This document shows, piece by piece, positions 6,308 to 13,943 of a DNA stretch of 51,769 nt. This DNA is from Caldilineales bacterium. GTDB lineage: Bacteria; Chloroflexota; Anaerolineae; J102. The stretch is from positions 1 through 51,769 of the forward strand of contig JAOADB010000002.1 in NCBI GenBank assembly GCA_026417535.1, given 5' to 3'. Under the pieces are notes generated by a model. The model was not told where the DNA came from, did no database searches, and saw only the letters and a program-made list of their open reading frames with translations. Position numbers and translations under genes: made by a program. Each line of letters starts with the position of its first letter. Positions within the stretch are counted from its first letter, which is position 1.

Positions 6308-8335
6308 ATGCCTGCTCCCGCCCGTCTCTTTGCCATTCCGGAACCCGAAACGAATCGGGTTCGTTTCCGGCTCAGCTTTCCGGCACCCGATCCGGATACG
6401 CCCATCCGTTGCGCCGCTGCCGTACTGGAAACCGGCGACGGTCACACCCTGGACCTGGGCCTGCTCTGCGCGCCTACGGCCTTCACCTGGAGCCAGGACT
6501 ACGAGCGAGACCTGGTCGTCCACACCTACACCGATGGCCTAACTGAAACGCGCCTGGTCGCGGCGCGCTTGCGCTGGGACGACGCCACCATCGCCCCTCA
6601 GCCCGAAGGACTGAAAGCCCAGGAGACGCCAACACCTACGGCCATCCTTACCCTGGCGGAGACCGAGCCCCTCGTCCTGGCGGCCGAAGTCCAGGTAAGG
6701 GGGTTGGCGGCCGGTCAGGCTGTGCGGCTGGACGGCGGCGCCGGCCAAATCCATACGATGAGAGGCGCCGACGGCCCCGATCAGAAGGCCACCTGGATGT
6801 TGGGCTATCCCAAACCGGGCGAGTACGTGGTCTCGCTGGTCCTGCTCGACGAGGAAGGCTATCGGTTGACCGAGCTCGAACGGGCCGTCGTGACCGTGGC
6901 CGAACCCGTGGCAGCTCCGCTCATCCTGCAAGCAACCGCCGAAGAGGCCGTCGTGGGGCTCCCGGAAGTCGAAACGGCAGCCGAGCCCTGGCTTCCCTAT
7001 CGCTACTTCCGACCGGCCTGGGCCTGGGCGCGCACGTACACGGCGCCCGGCGGCAGCACGGTCAGCCGCAGCCTGGCCACGGGGACGTACCTGGCCGTGG
7101 ATGCCGAAACCCTGGTCGGCGGCCAGGTGTGGTATCGCACGTTGGGCCGGGATTGGATTCCGGCCTCTTCGGTGATTCTGGTCACGCCCTCGAACCTGCG
7201 CGGGGTTGAGCTGGCCGGCGGCACGCCACCGCCCCCACCGCCTCCGCCCTCGCCGCCTCCACGGCGGGGCGTGGTCACCGTGGATGTCCTCAACGTGCGA
7301 GCGCGGCCGGGCGTGGCGCCCGATAACCCGCCCATTGACCGTCTCACCCGTAACACCGAGGTCGGCATCTACGAAGAGACCCTGGTGGGCGGCGACCGCT
7401 GGTACCGCATCGGTGAGGCGCGCTGGGTCTTTGCCGCCTATGTCCGTATCCTTTCGGGTTCGCCGCCGCCTCCGCCGCCGGCGCCGCGACGGGGCGTGGT
7501 CGTGGCCGAGACGCTCAACGTGCGCGCCCGGCCGGGCGTTTCGCCGGACAATCCCCCGATCGACCGCCTGTTGCGCGGGACCGAGGTCATTCTCTACGAA
7601 GAGACTACGGTGGCCGGGGCCGTGTGGTATCGCATCGGCACGAATCGCTGGGTGCATGGCGATTGGATTCGGGTACTGGCTGCCGCCGCGGTGGCTGCGG
7701 CGGCCATCCCTGCCGCCACCGAACTGCCCGTGGGTTGGGTGGCGGCCCGCGCGGTCAACGTGCGCGCCCGCCCCGGCGCCACGGCCGATAACCCGGTCAT
7801 CGGCGAGGTCTATCGCAATCAGGCGTTGCCCATCCTGGAGACGCGCACCCTGGGCAGCGAAATCTGGTATCGGATCGGCGCCGACCGCTGGGTGTTCGGG
7901 CAGTGGATTCGGGTGGCCCGTTTCAAACCGCGGCCGGCCGCCATCGGTTCCAGCCAGCGATGGGTAGGCGTCAGCCTGCGCGATCAGACGGCTGTGGCCT
8001 ATGAGGGCGACCGGCCTGTGTATGCCGCCATGATTGCCTCCGGTCTTCCGAATACGCCCACGGTGCAGGGCATCTTTCGCACCTGGCTGCGGGTGGCCTC
8101 GGGCAAGATGTCGGGCGGCAGCCCCGGCTATGGCTACTACTACCTGGAAGGCGTCACCTGGACCTGCTATTTCTACGCCGGTTACGCGCTGCACACGGCC
8201 TACTGGCACGATGCCTTCGGCAACCCGCGCAGCCACGGTTGCGTCAACCTGAGTCCCTATGACGCCTGGTGGATTTTCCAGTGGAGCGCGCCCGGCGGCC
8301 CCAACAGCCCGATGGTCTACGTCTTCAGCAGCTGA
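6308..8335 (+). CDS. L,D-transpeptidase (YkuD domain) with repeated SH3b-like domains and polyproline linkers
   Basis: GGAGG sits before the ATG. There are four copies of a ...LNVRARPG...DNPPIDRL...WYRIG..RWV... module separated by PPPPPPPPSPPP/SPPPPPPAP linkers. The C-terminal catalytic motif is HTAYWHDAFGNPRSHGCVNL. Confidence 0.88.
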   Translation: MPAPARLFAIPEPETNRVRFRLSFPAPDPDTPIRCAAAVLETGDGHTLDLGLLCAPTAFTWSQDYERDLVVHTYTDGLTETRLVAARLRWDDATIAPQPEGLKAQETPTPTAILTLAETEPLVLAAEVQVRGLAAGQAVRLDGGAGQIHTMRGADGPDQKATWMLGYPKPGEYVVSLVLLDEEGYRLTELERAVVTVAEPVAAPLILQATAEEAVVGLPEVETAAEPWLPYRYFRPAWAWARTYTAPGGSTVSRSLATGTYLAVDAETLVGGQVWYRTLGRDWIPASSVILVTPSNLRGVELAGGTPPPPPPPPSPPPRRGVVTVDVLNVRARPGVAPDNPPIDRLTRNTEVGIYEETLVGGDRWYRIGEARWVFAAYVRILSGSPPPPPPAPRRGVVVAETLNVRARPGVSPDNPPIDRLLRGTEVILYEETTVAGAVWYRIGTNRWVHGDWIRVLAAAAVAAAAIPAATELPVGWVAARAVNVRARPGATADNPVIGEVYRNQALPILETRTLGSEIWYRIGADRWVFGQWIRVARFKPRPAAIGSSQRWVGVSLRDQTAVAYEGDRPVYAAMIASGLPNTPTVQGIFRTWLRVASGKMSGGSPGYGYYYLEGVTWTCYFYAGYALHTAYWHDAFGNPRSHGCVNLSPYDAWWIFQWSAPGGPNSPMVYVFSS

Positions 8336-8397
8336 ACGCAGGGAGAATGCTCCCGTCTTTGGTCCCGCCCTCGTTGCCCGGCCGCCCGTCGTCCACC

Positions 8398-8892
8398 ATG
8401 TCCATCCGCGCGCAGTTGTACGACGCCCTGCGGCGCAGTCGCCGGGCGCTCCTGGCGGCTGCCCACGACCTGCCCGAACCGCTTTGGTACGTTCCGGCGG
8501 CAGTCGGCCCCTGGTCGGTGGCCGAATGGTTTGCCATCCGCATCGAGGCCGAAAATCGCGCCCTGACCGTGGTGCACTCGCTGCACCACGGTCGTCCTTT
8601 CCTCTACGACCTGCCGGAGGCCGAGCTCGATGCCCACGCCGTGGCCCGCCGCCGGGGTTGGAGCCGGGACCACCTGTTGCGTGAGCTCTACCAGCAGCGG
8701 GAAGAGACGATGATCACCCTGGCCGCCCTGACCGACGAGGCTCTGGCACGGTCGTACACCGTGGGCGACCGCGTGCTGAGCCCCTTGGCTGTGCTCATGG
8801 CCGTGGTCGCGGCCGAGGATGAACTGGCCGCGCGGCTGCGCGCCTGGCACACGGCCCACCCTCCCGCCGGCTGTGAACCGGCGGGAGGGTAA
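8398..8892 (+). CDS. DinB-like (DinB_2/MDMPI-type) four-helix-bundle protein
   Basis: MSIRAQLYDALRRSRRALLAAAHDLPEPLW...WSVAEWFAIRIEAENRAL...H..H pattern. The start is uncertain (alternative ATG at 8347). Confidence 0.55.
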   Translation: MSIRAQLYDALRRSRRALLAAAHDLPEPLWYVPAAVGPWSVAEWFAIRIEAENRALTVVHSLHHGRPFLYDLPEAELDAHAVARRRGWSRDHLLRELYQQREETMITLAALTDEALARSYTVGDRVLSPLAVLMAVVAAEDELAARLRAWHTAHPPAGCEPAGG

Positions 8893-8978
8893 AACCCAGC
8901 CTTTCCGTTCCCACCCCGGCCTCAAAGCCGGAACGAAGGACGAACGACGGCCATCCCATCGTCCATCGTCCAATCCGG

Positions 8979-10799
8979 CTAAATCACCACCCGGCGGGCG
9001 ATATCATCCTGGGCGCGGGCGATGAAATCCTCCACCGTCATGGCACCCACACGCTCGCCGGAGCGCAGCCGCACGTTGACCGTGCCTGCCGCCATCTCCT
9101 GGGCGCCCAAGACGAGCATGTAGGGGATTTTTTGCAGCTGGGCATTGCGGATTTTGGCGTTCATGCGGTCGTCGCTGTCGTCCACAACCACCCGCAGCCC
9201 GGCCGCCTTCAGCCGCGCGGCCACCTGATGGGCGTACTCGTTCTGGTCGGAGGTGATAGGGATGACCTGGACCTGCACCGGCGTCAGCCAGACCGGGAAA
9301 ATGCCGCCGTAGTGTTCGATGAGCACGCCGAAGAAGCGCTCGATGCTGCCCAACAGGGCGCGGTGGATCATGTAGGGCCGATGCTGGGCGCCGTCTGGGC
9401 CGATATAGGTCAGATCGAAGCGTTCCGGCAGGTTGAAATCGAACTGGATGGTGCTGAGCTGCCAGGGGCGTTCCAGGGCATCGGTGACGTAGATGTCAAT
9501 TTTGGGGCCGTAGAAGGCGCCGTCGCCTTCGTGGATGTCATAGGGCAGGCCCGTGCGCTGAATCGCAGCCAACAGCGCGGCCTCGGCTGCGTCCCATTTC
9601 TCTTCCTCGCCCACACGCTTGGGCGGTCGCGTGCTCAGGTACATGGCGAACTGCTCGAAACCGAAATCGCGCAGCAGGCTCAGGCTGAAGGCCAGCACCT
9701 TGTCAATCTCGGCGGGCATCTGTTCGGGCGCACAGAAGAGGTGGGCATCGTCCTGGGTGAAGCCGCGCACCCGCGTCAGGCCGTGGAGCGTACCCGACCG
9801 CTCGAAACGATAGACCGTGCCCCACTCGGCCAGGCGCATGGGCAGGTCCCGGTACGAGCGCACATCGCTCTTGTAGATGTGCACGTGGAAGGGGCAGTTC
9901 ATGGGCTTCAGGTAGTACTGCTGCCCTTCGATTTCGATGGGCGCGTACATGCTCTCACGGTAGAAGGAGAGGTGCCCGCTCGTCTCCCATAGGACCGAAC
10001 GGCCGATGTGGGGGGTATAGACGAACTGGTAGCCGCCCTCGAGGTGCATCCTCTTGGAATGCTCCTCGATGAGATGCCGCATGAGCGCGCCCCTGGGATG
10101 CCAGAGGATGAGGCCGCCGCCGATCATCTCGTGGTTCGTGCTGAAGAGGTCTAGTTCCCTGCCCAACTTGCGATGGTCGCGCTGTTTGGCCTCTTCCAGC
10201 CGGCGCAGATAGGCTTCCAGCTCCTTGCGGTTCTTCCAGGCCGTGCCGTAGATGCGTTGGAGCATGGGCCGGCGCTCGTCCCCGCGCCAGTAGGCACCCG
10301 CCACCTGAAGGAGCTTGAAACCGTCGGCGGGAATCTGGCCGGTGTGCTCGACGTGCGGCCCGCGGCACAGGTCCTCGAAGGTGTCGTGACGATAGGTGGA
10401 GATTTCCACAGCGCCTTCGACCTTCTCGCCGTATTCATCCGTGCCGCCAGCGGCAAGCCCGTCAATCAGCTCCAGCTTGTAGGGCTGGTCGGCGAAGAGC
10501 GCGCGCGCCTCTTCCGCGCTGACCACCCGCTTGATGAAGGGATGGCGGCCGGCGATGATCTGGCGCATGCGTTTCTCGATGGCCTCTAGGTCCTCCGGCG
10601 TGAAAGTGCGCAGGTTGCCGTCGGCGTCGCGGCCCAGGTCGAAATCGTAGTAGAAGCCGTCTTTGATGGGCGGGCCGATGGCGATCTTGGCGTCGGGGAA
10701 ACGCTCCAGCACGGCCTGAGCCATCACGTGGGCGGCCGAGTGGCGGATTTTGTAGTACTCGTCGTATTGACCGTTACCGGACGAGGATGGCGATGACAT
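8979..10799 (-). CDS. thrS: threonyl-tRNA synthetase (lacks the N-terminal TGS domain)
   Basis: 606 aa. The editing-domain motif RHSAAHVMAQAV lies about 20 aa from the N-terminus. Class II core present (FRYE-like YRFERSG, GAFYGPKID) plus a C-terminal anticodon-binding domain. Confidence 0.96.
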   Translation of the reverse strand: MSSPSSSGNGQYDEYYKIRHSAAHVMAQAVLERFPDAKIAIGPPIKDGFYYDFDLGRDADGNLRTFTPEDLEAIEKRMRQIIAGRHPFIKRVVSAEEARALFADQPYKLELIDGLAAGGTDEYGEKVEGAVEISTYRHDTFEDLCRGPHVEHTGQIPADGFKLLQVAGAYWRGDERRPMLQRIYGTAWKNRKELEAYLRRLEEAKQRDHRKLGRELDLFSTNHEMIGGGLILWHPRGALMRHLIEEHSKRMHLEGGYQFVYTPHIGRSVLWETSGHLSFYRESMYAPIEIEGQQYYLKPMNCPFHVHIYKSDVRSYRDLPMRLAEWGTVYRFERSGTLHGLTRVRGFTQDDAHLFCAPEQMPAEIDKVLAFSLSLLRDFGFEQFAMYLSTRPPKRVGEEEKWDAAEAALLAAIQRTGLPYDIHEGDGAFYGPKIDIYVTDALERPWQLSTIQFDFNLPERFDLTYIGPDGAQHRPYMIHRALLGSIERFFGVLIEHYGGIFPVWLTPVQVQVIPITSDQNEYAHQVAARLKAAGLRVVVDDSDDRMNAKIRNAQLQKIPYMLVLGAQEMAAGTVNVRLRSGERVGAMTVEDFIARAQDDIARRVVI

Positions 10800-10816
10800 G
10801 GTAGATTGACCTGTTA

Positions 10817-11137
10817 TTAGGGGATTTGTGCAAGAAGCGCGGAAAGGATAGCAAAATCTAAGAGAACATCAAATGCTAGAGTCAAAAACAATACGATCAG
10901 CACAAAGCCAATAATTGCTCGAAAACATCCTGTTGTACCGGAAATGACGACATCAAAAGGAGATGGACCTTCCTTCAAACTTGGTGCTGTAGCAGTAAAC
11001 ATCTTACCGTAGTCTTTTCTTCCACTTACAAGTATGCGCCGACAATAGCCGGCTATGCCTAAAAAGATAAGAAACAAAATAAACCGTCCTGAGATCTGAA
11101 ACGTTTGAGCGCTGAACTGGCGAAGGGCCTCCTCCAT
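10817..11137 (-). CDS. hypothetical two-TM membrane protein (ORFan) in a low-GC segment
   Basis: ATG 11137 is preceded by GGAGGTGGGAG. Product MEEALRQFSAQTFQISGRFILFLIFLGIAGY...FRAIIGFVLIVLFLTLAF. The sequence is visibly AT-richer than its neighbours. The track start at 11227 is TTG. Confidence 0.5.
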   Translation of the reverse strand: MEEALRQFSAQTFQISGRFILFLIFLGIAGYCRRILVSGRKDYGKMFTATAPSLKEGPSPFDVVISGTTGCFRAIIGFVLIVLFLTLAFDVLLDFAILSALLAQIP

Positions 11138-11220
11138 AGGCTCCCACCTCCGTACCAAACGAAGTGAGCTGCCGGGCAACGGGACCGCGGTGTCAGGGTC
11201 GGCAGATGGGTGGGTGGAAT

Positions 11221-11248
11221 TTGACAATTAGAACAAATGTTCTATCAT
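11221..11248 (+). promoter_or_regulatory. promoter TTGACA-16-TATCAT with an embedded perfect palindrome TAGAACAAATGTTCTA (GAAC-N4-GTTC, LexA/Cheo-type SOS box)
   Basis: -35 at 11221-11226, palindrome at 11229-11244, -10 at 11243-11248; about 80 nt upstream of the GTG start at 11330. Confidence 0.6.
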
Positions 11249-11329
11249 ATTCAAGACGATAGACGATGGGGATCGTCCATCGTCTCCTCTCTACACCGAC
11301 CGTCGCGACATGAATCGGAGGATAAAACC

Positions 11330-11845
11330 GTGTTTCAGCAACCTGTACCACAACGCTCCGGGCCCGACGGCCTGTGGGCCTGGTTCGATACGCTTCTCGG
11401 TCTTGCCAACTGGGTGGATCGCCTGGAAGGGTGGATCATGAGCCTGCGCTATGGCGATTACGCCTCGGCGCGGCAGCGCGGCCTCCTGGCGCTGATGGGC
11501 GAGATGGGCAGCAGCCTCCTAGAAACGAACACCTACCATTTTGCCATGCGGCGTGATGGTCACTACTCGCTCAACGAGGTCGAGGCGCTCCTTAAGCGCT
11601 ATGGCATTCCCATCTTCGGACGCACCCACGATGCCCACTGCCTGTACTTTCATGTGAAGAAGCGGCAGGCCCGTTGGGCCGAGTACATCCTGCTAAGGGC
11701 CGGAGTCGAACTCGTCAATCCGGTCTTTGATCCGCGCAATCCGGGCTATGCAGCCCATCATACACCCGGTACGATGCCGACGCCGTGGAGCGAGGCCAAG
11801 ACGGACAACACCTCTTTCTGGCAACGTGTGTTTGGTGACTGGTAA
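11330..11845 (+). CDS. hypothetical protein (171 aa), no recognisable family
   Basis: GTG start with GGAGGA 7 nt upstream. The composition is non-repetitive and protein-like (..NTYHFAMRRDGHYSLNEVEALLKRYGIPIFGRTHDAHCLYFHVKKRQARWAEYILLRAGV..). Confidence 0.6.
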   Translation: MFQQPVPQRSGPDGLWAWFDTLLGLANWVDRLEGWIMSLRYGDYASARQRGLLALMGEMGSSLLETNTYHFAMRRDGHYSLNEVEALLKRYGIPIFGRTHDAHCLYFHVKKRQARWAEYILLRAGVELVNPVFDPRNPGYAAHHTPGTMPTPWSEAKTDNTSFWQRVFGDW

Positions 11846-12002
11846 TTGGCGATTCGTTATTTGTTGCTTATCTTGCGTTTTGGCTTACTAACAGAATGAA
11901 GAACGAAAAAGATTCGTCCTTCGTCTTTCGTCCTCCGTCATCGCAAACGGCCAAAATTCAAACCAAACGGCCAATTTACCAGTTACCAGTTACTTATTAC
12001 CC
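11841..12002. repeat. MITE-like element: heptamer terminal inverted repeats (GGTAATTGG... / ...TTACCAGTTACCAGTTACTTATTACCC) around an AT-rich core
   Basis: The ends match the element at 48215-48434. The left end overlaps the TAA stop of the 171-aa gene. The core contains a pentamer-repeat hairpin (11901-11940). Confidence 0.6.
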
Positions 12003-12024
12003 ATTTCTCAAGGTGCGGACATGC

Positions 12025-12284
12025 AAAAAAGCCCCGTCGTCCATGGGGACGCGGGGCCGCGTGGTTCCACCCCATTTGACCGCCCGGTACGGGCGATCCA
12101 CTCAGGAAGCCGCTAACGGGGCCAACCGGGTGAGGTTACTCGGCAGGACCTTTCCCCTCACCGCTCACGGGGGGTTTTCGCAGGGCTTCGGCGAGGGCGA
12201 CTTGCAGCCAACGGCCACCCCTCTCTGGCGCTTCGGCGCTCTGCTACTCGTCCCGGTCAACGCGTTCACAAACTCGATTGCCGA
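12025..12284 (-). promoter_or_regulatory. T-box riboswitch leader no. 2 (complete, terminator type) with no downstream CDS
   Basis: Minus-strand RNA has UUGACCGGG-ACGAGUAGCAG..., GCGAAAA-CCCCCC-GUGAGCGGUGA-GGGG, and ...GAGUAACCUCA-CCCGGUUG. It also has F-box CCGUUA, Stem III CGCCCG-UACC-GGGCG and T-box AAAUGGGGUGGAACCACGCGG (12077-12057). The terminator is GCCCCGCGUCCCC..GGACGACGGGGC + U6 (12057-12025). Confidence 0.85.
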
Positions 12285-12358
12285 TGGGCGGTACAAGACT
12301 CGAACTTGTGACCTCCACGATGTCAACGTGGCGCTCTAGCCATCTGAGCTAACCGCCC
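12285..12358 (-). tRNA. tRNA-Val (anticodon GAC), no encoded CCA
   Basis: GGGCGGT-TA-GCTC-AGATGGCTA-GAGC-G-CCACG-TTGACAT-CGTGG-AGGTC-ACAAG-TTCGAGT-CTTGT-ACCGCCC-A; all stems are perfect. Confidence 0.95.
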
Positions 12359-12369
12359 GAGCACAGGTC

Positions 12370-12399
12370 ATTATACGCCAGAGCGCGGTCGGATGCCAA
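12370..12399 (-). promoter_or_regulatory. sigma-70-type promoter driving tRNA-Val and T-box no. 2
   Basis: Minus strand reads TTGGCA-18 nt-TATAAT, with the -10 element 11 nt upstream of the tRNA 5' end. Confidence 0.65.
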
Positions 12400-12505
12400 A
12401 TCGGTCGGGGTGCGGTTCAACGTTTTTGCAGCGTTCTCGCGAGGGTTCACCCATCGCCTGACGCTTTCGCCGTCCCGTGGCGCCTACCCCGTTCCCCTTG
12501 CCTCG

Positions 12506-13936
12506 CTACGGCCTCAACCGATAGTAGAACACGGCCACGCGGGTAAAACTGGCGGCGTCCTCGCGGCGGCCGTGGCTCTCCAGCCAGCGGCGGATCCGCC
12601 CCTCGCGGTCATAAAAATCCGCCTCGCTCTCGATCAGCCACACGCCCTTGTAATCGGCCAGCATGGCTGCCAGCCGTTCGGGCACTTGGGCGGCATCCTC
12701 CGGCCGGTTGGCGTAGGGCGCCTCTAGCCAAGGATAGGGGCCGGGGTCGTAGTAGCGATAGGTGTGGCGGATGTAAGGCATGAGGAACAGGGTCACATCG
12801 CCGGGTTGCCGTCGCGGGGCCACGTAGGCCGCCGCCGCCCGAAAATCGGACTTGATGGGGACGTGCATCTGCTGCCAGCCCACCCCCAGCTGAAAAGCCA
12901 ACCAGCCGCCCAACAAGGCCAGGGCCAGCTCCCGCCGGCGTTCGCCCACCTTGACCACCCCCCAGGCCATGAGGAGCACCTGCGCCGGCAATGTCCAAAT
13001 GAGATAGCGGTCCGTGTACAGCGGCGTAACCAGGCAAATGAAGTACAGGCTCAGCAGCGGTACCAGCCACCATGCCGCCAACAGACGGCCGGCGTATGGA
13101 TGGAAGGGCCGGAGAAAAAGGCCTGCCAGCAGCAGAAACACGGCCGGCGCCAGCACCCACATGCCCGGCAACACGGGGATGCCGGCCAGCTGCGCCGCCC
13201 AGGTGACGAGAAGCATCCGTCCCAAGGGCACGAAAGCATGGCCCGTGGCGAAGTCGGGATCGGTCAGCAGCGTCCATTGCCAGCCGATCAGGGGCAGATA
13301 GGGCAACACGAGCACGGCCAGAGCCGCGCCGAAGGCTCGCCAGCGTCGTCGCCAACGAGGGACGAGGAGAACCCAGCTCACCTGCAAAGGAATGACCAAG
13401 GCCACCAGCACGTGAAGATAAAAGCCCAGGGAGGTCAACGCCAACCACACCGCCCAGCGCCACCACCCGCCCCGTTCCATGGCCCGGACAAAAGCCCACA
13501 ACACGGCCAGCACCGCGGTCACCACCAGGGCGTACATCTTGGCTTCCTGGCTGTACCACAGATGGTAGGGATTGAAGGCCAGCAACAGCGCCGCGATGAG
13601 CCCCATCCGCCGCGTATGGAGCCATGAACCCCACCGATAGACCAGGGGGATGGCCAGGACGCCCGCCAGCGCGCTGGGAAAGCGCAGGGCGAACTCACTA
13701 TGCCCGGCCAGGGCCAGCCAGGGACGCAGCACCAAGAAGAAAAGGGGCCCGTTTTCACCCGGTCGGGTGAACATGGCCAGCGCCTGCGCCAGCGGTCGTG
13801 TGGCAAAGCGCAGGCTATCGGTCTCATCGCGCCAGAGCGATTGCGCGTCCAGGCCGTAGAGACGCCAGGCCCAGGCGGCCAGCACCAGACCCAACAACAG
13901 CACAGACGCATGCCACGAGCGTCGGGCGACCATCAT
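12506..13936 (-). CDS. GT-C fold glycosyltransferase (PMT_2 / ArnT-like, GT39/GT83-type)
   Basis: 476 aa and polytopic. The first-loop acidic motif is SLWRDETDS. FLVLRPWLALAGHSEFALRFPSALAGVLAIPLVY is typical of dolichyl/undecaprenyl-phosphate-sugar transferases. Confidence 0.8.
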   Translation of the reverse strand: MMVARRSWHASVLLLGLVLAAWAWRLYGLDAQSLWRDETDSLRFATRPLAQALAMFTRPGENGPLFFLVLRPWLALAGHSEFALRFPSALAGVLAIPLVYRWGSWLHTRRMGLIAALLLAFNPYHLWYSQEAKMYALVVTAVLAVLWAFVRAMERGGWWRWAVWLALTSLGFYLHVLVALVIPLQVSWVLLVPRWRRRWRAFGAALAVLVLPYLPLIGWQWTLLTDPDFATGHAFVPLGRMLLVTWAAQLAGIPVLPGMWVLAPAVFLLLAGLFLRPFHPYAGRLLAAWWLVPLLSLYFICLVTPLYTDRYLIWTLPAQVLLMAWGVVKVGERRRELALALLGGWLAFQLGVGWQQMHVPIKSDFRAAAAYVAPRRQPGDVTLFLMPYIRHTYRYYDPGPYPWLEAPYANRPEDAAQVPERLAAMLADYKGVWLIESEADFYDREGRIRRWLESHGRREDAASFTRVAVFYYRLRP

Positions 13937-13943
13937 GACGCAC

